Assembly: GCA_035555295.1 (NCBI GenBank)
Contig: DATMGW010000178.1
Coordinates: forward strand, 1 to 50,571
Reading direction: 5' to 3'
DNA from: Caldimonas sp.
GTDB lineage: Bacteria > Pseudomonadota > Gammaproteobacteria > Burkholderiales > Burkholderiaceae_C
Length of the DNA: 50,571 bases
A program made the translations under genes and the position numbers. Positions 37,787 to 47,185 of the stretch are shown piece by piece. The notes below the pieces were generated by a model. It had not been told where the DNA came from, did not search any database, and saw only the letters and a list, made by a program, of their open reading frames with translations. Positions within the stretch are counted from its first letter, which is position 1; each line of letters begins with the position of its first letter.

Positions 37787-38851
37787 CTAGTTGAGCCGCT
37801 CCTCGCGCCAGACGCCCAGCACCTGCTGCACCGGACGGTCTGAAAAGCTGAAGAGGAGCGCGTCCGCGCGCGCCGCGACCGTCAAGGGCAGCCACGAGGG
37901 CACGACGAAGATGTCGCGCGCGCCGAACTCGAACGCCTGCTCGCCGATCACGGCGCGCCCGCTGCCTTCGAGGCAGACGTGGACGCTGCTGTCGCTGCTG
38001 CGATATAGCCGGGTCGCGAAGCCCGCCGGCAGGCGCTGCGCGAACGTGCCGATCGTCGGCATCGGCGAACGTCCGGTAGCGGGGTTGACGAAGCGCAGCT
38101 TGAAGCCGTGGTGCGGGTCGATTGCGCTCCTCGAAATGCCGAGCAGCGCTTCGCGCGTCCGCGCGTATGGATAGACGAAGACCTTGGCCGGAGCCGACGC
38201 CGCCGCCTCGAAGTCGAGCGGCGCCAGGTTCATTCCGTAGCGGGCGAGCGCGTCGCCTTCCGGGCGCGTCGCCGTCTGCGACTTCGCCGCGCTCTTCTCG
38301 GCGAATCCGGCGTCGAGGAAGCGCACCAGCGGGATGTCGAGCCCGTCGAGCCAGACGACCGGCTCGGCGCCGTCGTTGCCGTGATCGTGGAAGGTCCACG
38401 ACGGCGTGATGATGAAGTCGCCGAAGCGCATCGTCGTGCGTTCGCCGTCGACCGCCGTGTACGCGCCTTCGCCCTCGAGAACGAGGCGCAGGGCCGACTG
38501 GGTGTGCCGGTGCGCCGGCGCCACTTCGCCGGGCAGGATCAGCTGTAGCCCGGCGTAGAGCGACTGCGTGATGCACGATTGGCCGCGCAGCGCCGGGTTC
38601 TCGAGGACGAGGACGCGCCGCTCGGCCTCCTCGGCGCTGATCAGGCGGCCCGCCTCGAGCACGTGCTCGCGGATGAGGTCGTAGCGCCACAGGGCGGCGG
38701 CGACGGGGCTCTTCGGCTGGGTCGGCACCAGCGCGCCCAGCACCTCCCAGAGCGGCGTCATGCCGAGCTTGCCGATGCGCGCGTAGAAGTCCCGGCGCGC
38801 GGCAGTCGTTTCCGCGGCGGCGACCGGGTCTGCGGCAGCGCTGCGCTCCAT
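37787..38851 (-). CDS. gtdA: Gentisate 1,2-dioxygenase (bicupin)
   Basis: PLWEVL, AERRVLVLENP, APAHRHTQSALR, WTFHDHGN, WLDGLDIP, SFSDRPVQ; ATG 38851. Confidence 0.92.
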   Translation of the reverse strand: MERSAAADPVAAAETTAARRDFYARIGKLGMTPLWEVLGALVPTQPKSPVAAALWRYDLIREHVLEAGRLISAEEAERRVLVLENPALRGQSCITQSLYAGLQLILPGEVAPAHRHTQSALRLVLEGEGAYTAVDGERTTMRFGDFIITPSWTFHDHGNDGAEPVVWLDGLDIPLVRFLDAGFAEKSAAKSQTATRPEGDALARYGMNLAPLDFEAAASAPAKVFVYPYARTREALLGISRSAIDPHHGFKLRFVNPATGRSPMPTIGTFAQRLPAGFATRLYRSSDSSVHVCLEGSGRAVIGEQAFEFGARDIFVVPSWLPLTVAARADALLFSFSDRPVQQVLGVWREERLN

Positions 38852-38962
38852 CGGCGCATTGTGGATCAAGGAGACGCTCGACGCGCTCTCCGGGTCGGGC
38901 CCGCTGGCCGCACATGGCGCCGCGCGGTACAACGGGGGGAAGCCGACAGAGCGGAGCCTGCC

Positions 38963-40609
38963 ATGACCCAGATGAAACACCTGAGCATCGTCGACGGAGC
39001 CTTCCTGCACATGGAAAGCGCCGAGATGCCGATGCACGTCGGCAGCCTGAACCTGTTCGAGCCGCCGGCCGGCTACAGCGGCGGCTTCTACGAGGCCGTC
39101 AAGGCGCACGTCGCCAAACGCATGCACCTCGCGCCGGTATTCACGAGGAAGCTCGCTCTGATGCCGTTCGACCTCGCCAACCCGGTCTGGATCCACGACG
39201 ACGACATCGACCTCGACTACCACGTGCGCAACATGATCCTGCCCAAGCCGGGGTCGATCGAGCAACTCGAGGCGCTGGCGGCACGCCTGCACTCGATGCT
39301 GCTCGACCGCAGCCGGCCCCTGTGGGAGTTCTACATCATCGAGGGTCTCGCCGACGGCCGCATCGGCTTCTACGGCAAGGTGCATCACGCCGCCGTCGAC
39401 GGCCAGGCCGGCGTGGCGATGGCGCAAAGCATGTTCGATCTGACGCCCGAGCCGCGCGTCGTCAAAGCGCCGCGCGAGGCGCGCGCCAACACCTACCAGC
39501 TCGGCGTCGCCGAGCTCCTCGCCGCGGCCTTGCAGAACCAGTTCCAGCAGCTGGTGCAAAGCGTCAAGCTCGTCCCCAGGCTGGCGGGCACGCTGGTCGG
39601 CGCGGCGCGCGACGCGCTCGTCGAGCGGCGCAACGAAAGCTCCGAGGACCGCGCCACGCGCAGGGCCGAAGCGCCCGGCTCGCGCTGGAAGATGGCGCCG
39701 CCGACGCCGTTCAATCACTCGATCACGAACCAGCGATCGTTTTCCGCCGTCTCGCTGCCGCTGCCCGAGATCAAGGCGATCGGCAAGTCGCTCGGCGCGT
39801 CGATCAACGACGTCGTGCTGTGGCTGTGCAGCACGGCGCTGCGCGGGTACCTGAAGGAAGGGCGCGAGCTGCCCGACGCCTCGCTCGTCGCCGGCGTGCC
39901 GATCTCGTTGCGCCAGGAAGGCGACACGACGGCGAACAACCAGGTCGCCGGCACGTTGATCGACCTCGGCACCGAGATCGCCGACCCGGCCGAGCGGCTG
40001 AAGGCGATCAGGCGCGGCACCGCGGCGATGAAAAAGCAGATGGGCACCTTCCGCGGCGTCATCCCGACCGACTTTCCCTCGCTCGGCTCGCCCTGGCTGA
40101 TCAGCGGCTTGGCGTCGCTCTACGGCCGCTCGCGCATGGCCGACTGGCTGCGCTTCATCAACGTGACGATCTCCAACGTCCCGGGATCGAAAGTGCCCGT
40201 GTACCTCGTGGGCGCGCGCATGACCGACTACTACCCGCTGTCGATCGTCGTTCACGGCGTCGCGCTCAACATCACGGTGCAAAGCCACGTCGACCAGCTC
40301 TGCTTCGGCCTGATCGCCTGCCGCCGCGCCGTGCCCGACGTGCACGAGCTCGGCGCGCAGGTGCAGCGGGCGATGGCGCAGCTGCGCGCGCTGACGGCCG
40401 CGCCGGCGCTCGGGCACGCGGATGCCGCCGCGGCCGTGCCTGTGCAGGAGGCGGTCGCGAACGAGGCTGTCGCCAAGGAAGGCGTCGCGAAGGAGGGCGC
40501 GACGCGCGCGAAGCGCCCGCGCACGCCACGCCTGCGCGTCGTTGCCGCCACGCCGCCGGCCGCCGCAGCCGGCAAGCGCAAGCCTCGAAGCGGTGCGCAA
40601 GCGCGCTGA
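38963..40609 (+). CDS. Wax ester synthase/diacylglycerol acyltransferase (WS/DGAT)
   Basis: GGAG RBS, ATG 38963; PMHVG, LDRSRPLWE, HHAAVDG (HHxxxDG), INDVVL, ISNVPG, LNITVQS. Confidence 0.93.
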   Translation: MTQMKHLSIVDGAFLHMESAEMPMHVGSLNLFEPPAGYSGGFYEAVKAHVAKRMHLAPVFTRKLALMPFDLANPVWIHDDDIDLDYHVRNMILPKPGSIEQLEALAARLHSMLLDRSRPLWEFYIIEGLADGRIGFYGKVHHAAVDGQAGVAMAQSMFDLTPEPRVVKAPREARANTYQLGVAELLAAALQNQFQQLVQSVKLVPRLAGTLVGAARDALVERRNESSEDRATRRAEAPGSRWKMAPPTPFNHSITNQRSFSAVSLPLPEIKAIGKSLGASINDVVLWLCSTALRGYLKEGRELPDASLVAGVPISLRQEGDTTANNQVAGTLIDLGTEIADPAERLKAIRRGTAAMKKQMGTFRGVIPTDFPSLGSPWLISGLASLYGRSRMADWLRFINVTISNVPGSKVPVYLVGARMTDYYPLSIVVHGVALNITVQSHVDQLCFGLIACRRAVPDVHELGAQVQRAMAQLRALTAAPALGHADAAAAVPVQEAVANEAVAKEGVAKEGATRAKRPRTPRLRVVAATPPAAAAGKRKPRSGAQAR

Positions 40610-40616
40610 GGCGGAG

Positions 40617-40976
40617 ATGAAGCTCGCCGCCGATATCCTGGTCGCCGTCGTCGCGCTGCTCCACGTCTGGTTTCTCGTCCTCGAGATGTTCCTGTGGGAC
40701 AAGCCGACGGGTCTGCGCACCTTCCGGCAGACGCCCGAGGCCGCCGCGACGACCAAGGTGCTCGCCGCCAACCAGGGCCTCTACAACGGCTTTCTCGCCG
40801 CTGGCCTGTTCTGGGGGATCGGCCTCGGCGGCGCCGGCTTCGCCGTGAAGCTGTTCTTCCTCGGCTGCGTGATCGTCGCCGGCGTCTTCGGCGCGGCGAC
40901 GGTCGGGCGCAAGATCCTGTTCGTGCAGGCGCTGCCCGCTGCGATCGCGACGGCGCTCGTCCTCGTCGCGGGCTGA
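40617..40976 (+). CDS. DUF1304-family membrane protein
   Basis: 119 aa; LHVWFLVLEMFLW, ANQGLYNGFLAAG, ILFVQALP. Confidence 0.88.
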   Translation: MKLAADILVAVVALLHVWFLVLEMFLWDKPTGLRTFRQTPEAAATTKVLAANQGLYNGFLAAGLFWGIGLGGAGFAVKLFFLGCVIVAGVFGAATVGRKILFVQALPAAIATALVLVAG

Positions 40977-41068
40977 GGACCTGCAGGAGCGCGTCACTGG
41001 CTCGATCGAGCAGGCCGGCCTTCAGGCGCCGAGCCGCGCTCCACGCCCGGTGCCGACCGCCGCGGCGC

Positions 41069-41452
41069 CTATGACGAACGAACGACGGCGGGTGCCGCCG
41101 GCAACCGGGCCTGCGGCGCGCGAACCGCGATTTCCTCGCGCTCGCCGAGAGGCTCCGGTCTGGCGCTCGCGTCGAGGCGAAGCAGGGCGGCGATCAGCCA
41201 GACGGTCGCGGCGAAAACGGCCACCGCCGAAACGGCGAAGGCCAGGACGACGACGCCGCCTGCCAAACTCGGTGTCAGAGCCGAGAAACCGGCTGCGGCA
41301 AGAAGCGCGGCCACTGCCGCGGCGCCACGGACGCGCACCGAGAAAGCCTGACTCAAGGTCAGAACGTAGGCGCACAGCGCCGCGAAAAGAAGCACGAGCT
41401 GCACGAAGTCGATCGCTCCGAGACTGGCGCGGACACTTTCACTGGCAGACAC
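41069..41452 (-). CDS. Hypothetical membrane protein
   Basis: GGGGAGG RBS before GTG 41452; 127 aa with about 3 hydrophobic segments. Confidence 0.6.
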   Translation of the reverse strand: MSASESVRASLGAIDFVQLVLLFAALCAYVLTLSQAFSVRVRGAAAVAALLAAAGFSALTPSLAGGVVVLAFAVSAVAVFAATVWLIAALLRLDASARPEPLGEREEIAVRAPQARLPAAPAVVRSS

Positions 41453-41601
41453 GATGCCCTCCCCTTGTTGTCGGCTGGTTCGCTCCCGCGAGTGCAAGCG
41501 ATGAATTCAAGCGCGCTTCGGAGCGCTGCGAAATCGGCGGAGAGCGAAGCGTTCTGTAGGACACGTCTCACCCCGAACGAGGGTCGGCGGCGCTGCGAGG
41601 T

Positions 41602-43980
41602 TCAGTACTCGATGCGGCCGCGACCGCAGCGCTTGGCGCGGTACAGGGCAGCGTCGGCTATGTCGACGAGAACGCCGCCGTCGACCCCCGACGAGGCGAC
41701 CTGGCTGGCGACGCCGATCGAGACCGTCACCCACGCCGACGTCGTCGAGGAGCGATGCTCGATCTTCGCGTCGCCGACGATCTGCGTGCAGCGCTCCGCG
41801 GCGTGCCGCGCCTCGTCGAGCCCGGCGCCGGGCAGGAGCAGCGCGAACTCCTCGCCGCCGTAGCGCGCGACGAGCTCGCCGCCGCGGCGCACCGCCTCGC
41901 CGACCATGCGCGCAATCTGGCGCAGGCACGCGTCGCCGGCCGGGTGGCCATAGTGGTCGTTGTATTCCTTGAAATGGTCTATATCGATCATCAACAGCCC
42001 GACCGGCTCGCCGCGCCGCGCCGCGCGTGCCCACTCGGTCTTCAGCGTCTGGTCGAACAAGCGGCGGTTGCCGACCTCGGTCAGCGCGTCGGTCGTCGAA
42101 AGGCGGATCAGCTGCTCGTTGAGCCGGTGCATCTCGAGGGCGATCGTCTTCTTCTCGGTGATGTCCTGGAAGGCGCCGAGCAGGCGCGCCGGCTTGCCGT
42201 CCTCGATCACCGCGACGCCCTGGGTCCGTACCCAGCGCGGGTTGCCCTTGGCGGTGACGAAAGGCAGCTCGAGGTCCCACGACGTTCCCTCGGCGACGCC
42301 GGCCTCGACGGCGGCGCGGATCAGCGGCTGCGCTTCCGGCGCGTAGAAGTCGATCGCGTTCTCCCTGCTCGGCATCGTCCCGGGGTCGAGCTCGTGAATC
42401 AGGTACACCTGCTCGGTCCAGTCGAGACGCATCGTCGCGAGGTCGAGCTCCCAGCCGCCGATGTGCGCGAGCTCGCCGGTGCGCCGCAGCATCTCCGCCG
42501 AGCGCTGCAGCTCGGCTTCGGCGCGCTTGCGTTGCGTCAGGTCCATGTGCGTGCCGGCCATGCGCACGGCGATGCCGAACGCGTCGCGCTCGACGATCTT
42601 GCCGCGGCTGAGGAGCCAGACCCAATGTCCCTCCTTGTGGCGGACGCGGAACTCGCATTCGTAGGCCGCCGTCTCGTCGCGAAAGTGCGCCTCGATCGCG
42701 CCGAGGAAGCGGGCGTTGTCGGCCGGGTGGACGAGGCCGCGCCAGTCGGCGCCCGCTTCGCCGATCTCGCCGCTCGCGTAGCCGAGCTGGCGTCGCGTGA
42801 TCTCGTTGTGCTGGAAGCAGTCATCGCGCAGGTCCCAGTCCCACAGCCCGAGCTCGGCACCCTGCAGCGCCAGCCCGAGCTGCTCGGCACTGCGCCGGCG
42901 CTCGCGTTCCGCAGCTGCCTCGAGCTCGGCGAAGGCCTCGCGCCGCCATTGCCCGCGGTGCAGGCCGAACACGGCGGTGGCGCACAGGAGCGTGAAGAAG
43001 ATCGAATATTCGAGCGCCTGCTGCCGCCAGGCGCGAAACACGTCGGGCACGGCGCGGCTGACGGCGACGACGAGCGGCTGGTCCATGTGCAGCTCGGGCG
43101 GCGCCAGGTAGCGCATCGCCGTCATGCGTTGTTCGCCCGAGCCGCCGACGGCGCCCAGGACGACCGGCGTCGCGAGCGGATCGTTCGGCGTGCGGGCGAG
43201 CGCCGCGGCGGCCAGCTGCCAGTCGGAATCGACGCGGGCGGCGTCGCGCGGCATCGTCACGAAGACCTTGCCGTCGCTGTGGCCGAGCGAGACCCACATG
43301 TCGGGCGCGTAGAGGACCGAGCGCATCAGGACCTCGAAGTACTCGGGCTCGAGGGCGGCGGCGGCGACGCCGGCAAAGCTGCCGTTGGCGTTGACGATCG
43401 CCCGGCCGAACACGACCGTGTAGTTGCCGAGCGAAGTCTTGTACGGCGAGGCGACGTGCAGCGCCGCCGGCTCGTGGCTCGCCTTGGCGGCGCGGAAGTA
43501 GTCGCGATCGCTGAAGTCGCGGCCGAGCAGCATGTCGACGCTGCTCGCGACGACCGTGCCGTCGGAATCGAGCAGGACCATCGAGCGCACGCCGGGGATC
43601 GCATCGCTCAGCGCCTTCAGGCGCGACGACAGCAGCGACGACACGCTGTAGACCGGCGTGCCGAGGAATTCGTCGCGAACGCTGGCCGGCGCCCGGTTCA
43701 TTCCGTCGAGCTGCTGGCCGACGTTGTCGTCGACGACGCGACCCTGGACCTGCAGGCGATCGCGCTCGGCCGCGTCGACGCTCTGGTGCATCCTCAGCAG
43801 CACGTAGCCGACCATCGCCCCGACGAGGGCCAGCGCCGACAGCAAAGCCAGCCACTCGGCGACGAACGGGTGCGCCAGCGCCTGCCGCTTCCAGCCGGCA
43901 CGCGCCTGCTGCGGCGCCGCGTCGGCGGCGCCGATCACGCCCGGCACCTCCAGGACGACGCTGGCCGACGGCGTCGTCAT
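41602..43980 (-). CDS. Membrane-bound diguanylate cyclase (Cache - PAS - PAS - GGDEF)
   Basis: Two TM helices around DFSDRDYF Cache-like domain; two PAS/PAC domains; TDALT, DIDHFKEYND.YGH, ARYGGEEF. Confidence 0.93.
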   Translation of the reverse strand: MTTPSASVVLEVPGVIGAADAAPQQARAGWKRQALAHPFVAEWLALLSALALVGAMVGYVLLRMHQSVDAAERDRLQVQGRVVDDNVGQQLDGMNRAPASVRDEFLGTPVYSVSSLLSSRLKALSDAIPGVRSMVLLDSDGTVVASSVDMLLGRDFSDRDYFRAAKASHEPAALHVASPYKTSLGNYTVVFGRAIVNANGSFAGVAAAALEPEYFEVLMRSVLYAPDMWVSLGHSDGKVFVTMPRDAARVDSDWQLAAAALARTPNDPLATPVVLGAVGGSGEQRMTAMRYLAPPELHMDQPLVVAVSRAVPDVFRAWRQQALEYSIFFTLLCATAVFGLHRGQWRREAFAELEAAAERERRRSAEQLGLALQGAELGLWDWDLRDDCFQHNEITRRQLGYASGEIGEAGADWRGLVHPADNARFLGAIEAHFRDETAAYECEFRVRHKEGHWVWLLSRGKIVERDAFGIAVRMAGTHMDLTQRKRAEAELQRSAEMLRRTGELAHIGGWELDLATMRLDWTEQVYLIHELDPGTMPSRENAIDFYAPEAQPLIRAAVEAGVAEGTSWDLELPFVTAKGNPRWVRTQGVAVIEDGKPARLLGAFQDITEKKTIALEMHRLNEQLIRLSTTDALTEVGNRRLFDQTLKTEWARAARRGEPVGLLMIDIDHFKEYNDHYGHPAGDACLRQIARMVGEAVRRGGELVARYGGEEFALLLPGAGLDEARHAAERCTQIVGDAKIEHRSSTTSAWVTVSIGVASQVASSGVDGGVLVDIADAALYRAKRCGRGRIEY

Positions 43981-44155
43981 GGCGAGGGGCCGGGCGCGAA
44001 CCCGTCGCCCGTTTGCGCAACGCAGGACATGCGAGGGTCTTCGGCAGGGCAGCGCGGAAATGAAGGACCGTTGTGGCGCCGAATGCACGGAACAGGCCCT
44101 AGGCAAAGGGCTGGATGCAATTACAGTCCGAAGCGAATCGAGAACCAGGGACCCG

Positions 44156-46237
44156 ATGCCCGCCTGCGAATCTGCCGCCGCGATCGACTGCGCGCTCTTT
44201 CGCCGCCTCAACGCGGCGCAGCGGCGCGCCGTCGAGCACGGCATCACGGTCCCGGGCGGGCCGCTGCTGATCGTCGCCGGCGCCGGCTCGGGCAAGACGA
44301 TGACGCTCGCCGCACGCGTCGCCCGGCTTGTCCTGGGCGGTGCCGATCCCAAGCGGCTGTTGCTGTTGACGTTCTCGCGCCGCGCTGCCGCGGAAATGGA
44401 GCGCCGCGTCGCCCGCGCCTTGCACGAGGCGGTCGGCCTGGCGCCGCTGCGCGGCAGCTCGCGGCTGGCCTGGTGCGGAACCTTCCACGGTATCGGCGCG
44501 CGCCTGTTGCGCGCGCACGCGCAAAGCATCGGCCTCGACCCGTCCTTCACGGTCGACGACCGCGGCGATTCCGAAGACCTGATGCATGTGCTGAGGCAGC
44601 GCCTCGGGCTGGCCGGCACGAAGCGGCGCTTCCCGCAGAAATCGACCTGCCTGGCGATCTACTCGCGCGTCGTCAATTCCGGATCCCGCCTGGCCGACGT
44701 GCTGGCGCAGACGTGGCCGTGGTGCACCTCGTGGCACGACGAGCTGAAGCAGCTCTACGCCGCCTACGCGGCGGAAAAGCAGGCGCAGCGCGTCCTCGAC
44801 TTCGACGACCTGCTCGTCTGGTGGGCGGCGGCGCTGCGCGAGCCCGACATCGCGCGCGCGATGGCGGCCCGCTTCGATCACATCCTCGTCGACGAGTACC
44901 AGGACACGAACCGGCTGCAGGCGGAGATCCTGTTCGCGCTGCAGCCCGACGGGCACAGCCTCACCGTCGTCGGCGACGACGCGCAGTCGATCTATTCGTT
45001 CCGTGCCGCCGACGTGCGCAACATCCTCGATTTCGCGCACCGCTTCGAGCCGCCGGCGACGGTCGTCACGCTCGAGCGGAACTATCGCTCGACGGTGCCG
45101 CTCCTCGCCGCATCGAACGCCGTGATCGCCCTGGCTGCCGAGCGCCACGCCAAGGAGCTGTGGAGCGACCGCGAGGCGTTCGACAAGCCGGCGATCGTGT
45201 GGGTCGGCGACGAGGGCGAGCAGGCATCATGGGTCGCCGGGCGCGCCCTGGCGTTGCGCGAGGCGGGGCTGGCGCTGAAGAGCCAAGCCGTGCTCTTTCG
45301 TGCCGCGCAGCACAGCAACGCGCTCGAGCTAGAGCTGGCCCGCCGGAACATTCCGTTCGTTAAGTACGGCGGCCTGAAGTTCCTCGATGCCGGGCACGTC
45401 AAGGACGTCCTCGCGATCCTGCGTCTTGCCGCCAACCCGCGCGGCGAGCGTGCCGCCCTGCGCGCCGTGCAGCTCGTCTGCGGCATCGGCGCGGCGAGCG
45501 CCGGCCGCCTGATGAGCCAACTCGGCGCCGCAGCCGACCCGGCCGCTGCGCTCCTCGCGTTCGCTCCGCCCGCAGCCGCCGCCGAGGCGTGGGCCGAGTT
45601 CGTCGCGCTGTTCGCCCGGCTGCGCCACGCCGCCTCGCCGTGGCCCGAGGAGCTCGCCGATGTCGAGCGCTGGTATCGCCCGCAGCTCGAGCGCCTGCAC
45701 GACGACGCCGCGCCGCGCGCCGCCGACGTCGCCCATCTCGTCCGCCTCGCCGCCGGCTACCCGTCGCGCGAGCGCTTCCTGACCGAGCTCGCGCTCGACC
45801 CGCCCGCAGCGACCAGCGACGAGTCGGGCCCGGGCGGCCACGACGAGGACTACTTGATCCTGTCGACGATCCATTCGGCGAAGGGCCAGGAATGGAGCGC
45901 CGTGTCGGTGCTCAACGTCGTCGACGGCTGCCTGCCTTCGGACATGGCGACGAACACCGAAGAGGAGATCGAGGAGGAGCGGCGCCTCCTCTACGTGGCG
46001 ATGACGCGGGCGCGCCAGCACCTGCACCTTCTCGTGCCGCAGCGCTTCTACGTGACGCAGCAGATGGCGTACGGCGACCGCCACGTCTACGCGTCGATCA
46101 GCCGCTTCGTTCCGGAGGCGATCCGCGACCGCTTCGAGCACGTCGTGCCGCAGGCACCGATGCCGGCATGCGTCGAGCCCGCAACGGCGACAGGGCCGGT
46201 CGATCTCGCGGCGCGCGTTCGTTCCGCGTGGCGCTGA
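44156..46237 (+). CDS. ATP-dependent DNA helicase, UvrD/Rep family
   Basis: LNAAQ, AGAGSGKT, TFH, VDEYQDTN, VGDDAQSIY, LERNYRS, STIHSAKGQEW, EERRLLYVAMTRA; start ATG 44156 is approximate. Confidence 0.93.
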   Translation: MPACESAAAIDCALFRRLNAAQRRAVEHGITVPGGPLLIVAGAGSGKTMTLAARVARLVLGGADPKRLLLLTFSRRAAAEMERRVARALHEAVGLAPLRGSSRLAWCGTFHGIGARLLRAHAQSIGLDPSFTVDDRGDSEDLMHVLRQRLGLAGTKRRFPQKSTCLAIYSRVVNSGSRLADVLAQTWPWCTSWHDELKQLYAAYAAEKQAQRVLDFDDLLVWWAAALREPDIARAMAARFDHILVDEYQDTNRLQAEILFALQPDGHSLTVVGDDAQSIYSFRAADVRNILDFAHRFEPPATVVTLERNYRSTVPLLAASNAVIALAAERHAKELWSDREAFDKPAIVWVGDEGEQASWVAGRALALREAGLALKSQAVLFRAAQHSNALELELARRNIPFVKYGGLKFLDAGHVKDVLAILRLAANPRGERAALRAVQLVCGIGAASAGRLMSQLGAAADPAAALLAFAPPAAAAEAWAEFVALFARLRHAASPWPEELADVERWYRPQLERLHDDAAPRAADVAHLVRLAAGYPSRERFLTELALDPPAATSDESGPGGHDEDYLILSTIHSAKGQEWSAVSVLNVVDGCLPSDMATNTEEEIEEERRLLYVAMTRARQHLHLLVPQRFYVTQQMAYGDRHVYASISRFVPEAIRDRFEHVVPQAPMPACVEPATATGPVDLAARVRSAWR

Positions 46238-46305
46238 AGCCCGAGACCGCGAGCGCCAAAAGAGAAAGCGGCAGTGCCGGCTGCTGCCGGACCCTGCCGC
46301 TGTCG

Positions 46306-46341
46306 ACGGGTCGACGTCGTTTCGGCGTCAGCCCGACCCGT
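46306..46341. terminator. Hairpin between convergent helicase and csbD genes
   Basis: ACGGGTCG...CGACCCGT outer arms with an inner stem around a TTT loop; no clear U-tract. Confidence 0.4.
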
Positions 46342-46347
46342 ACGCCA

Positions 46348-46533
46348 TCAAGCCTTGTCGATGGCGTCCTTGATCTTTTCCTTGGCGTCTCCGTAGTCGG
46401 CCTGCGCCTTGCCCGCGGCCTTCTCGACGGCGCCGCGAATCTCGAGACCCGCCTTGTCGACCACCTTGCCGGTCGTTTCCTTGACACTACCCTTGGCCTG
46501 CTCGACGCGGCCCTTGACCTGATCCTTGTTCAT
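46348..46533 (-). CDS. csbD: CsbD-family stress protein
   Basis: 61 aa MNKDQVKGRVEQAKGSVKETTGK...GKAQADYGDAKEKIKDA; GGAG upstream. Confidence 0.9.
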   Translation of the reverse strand: MNKDQVKGRVEQAKGSVKETTGKVVDKAGLEIRGAVEKAAGKAQADYGDAKEKIKDAIDKA

Positions 46534-46675
46534 GACGTTGCTCTCCGTTGGCACAGTTGGAAGATGTCGGCTCGCTGCTTCGGAAGAAAGAGAAGCATCG
46601 GCGGGCCGATGACCCCACTGTCGCCGCGGCGGCGTTTCGGGTCTGTCGGCGAGCGCAGATGCGCCGCGTAGGACT

Positions 46676-46969
46676 TCAGGCGAGCAGGGCGGCGGAGTCG
46701 CGGACGGCGCGGGCGAAGTGGCCGCCGCCCAAGTCCATCAGGAAGGCGCCGAGCCATGCCGACCCCGATCCCGTCGGATACATTCGTTCCTCGCCGGTCG
46801 AGCAGCACTTGACGCGGAGCAGGCCGCCGATCACGCCGAACAGGTCGGACATCGCCGGCTCCTCGTCCTCGGCGAATTCGAAGTCGCCGATCGCGAAACC
46901 GCGCGCGCGCAGCACGCCGCTCAGCGCTTGCGAAGCGCGGCTGGCGTCGGGTGCGGCCTGCGGGTTCAT
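46676..46969 (-). CDS. Small hypothetical protein
   Basis: 97 aa from ATG 46969: ...LRVKCCSTGEERMYPTGSGSAWLGAFLMDLGGGHF; protein-like tail of a long shadow ORF. Confidence 0.6.
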   Translation of the reverse strand: MNPQAAPDASRASQALSGVLRARGFAIGDFEFAEDEEPAMSDLFGVIGGLLRVKCCSTGEERMYPTGSGSAWLGAFLMDLGGGHFARAVRDSAALLA

Positions 46970-47185
46970 GGTCAGACGGGATTGGCGCACATAGTAGGCA
47001 CGATGCCTGTCGGACGGCGCCGCGCTCCCCCGTCGGCGTTGCCCGATCGCGTGCGTATTTCGCGCCATGTCGGACGAGCGGCGGCAAGGCGGCCCTGACC
47101 GGTGCACGGCGCTCTCCAAGGCGCGGACGAACGGAGCTACATTGCGCGCTCGGTCCCCAGCTCCGGCCTCCGCGCTGCGAATGCC

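Noticed and set aside
38852-40771. Long N-terminal extension on gtdA (994-aa ORF), and similar extensions on 8160-10922, 12804-14768 and 46676-48736
   Set aside because: Stop-poor shadow frames over other genes, not real fusions
41755-45363. 1202-aa plus-strand ORF
   Set aside because: Antisense to the diguanylate cyclase and out of frame with the helicase; Arg/Ala-rich with no motifs, as expected in high-GC DNA
44156-46237. UvrD helicase as part of an anti-phage system
   Set aside because: No adjacent nuclease, ATPase or TOPRIM gene; neighbours are a diguanylate cyclase and csbD
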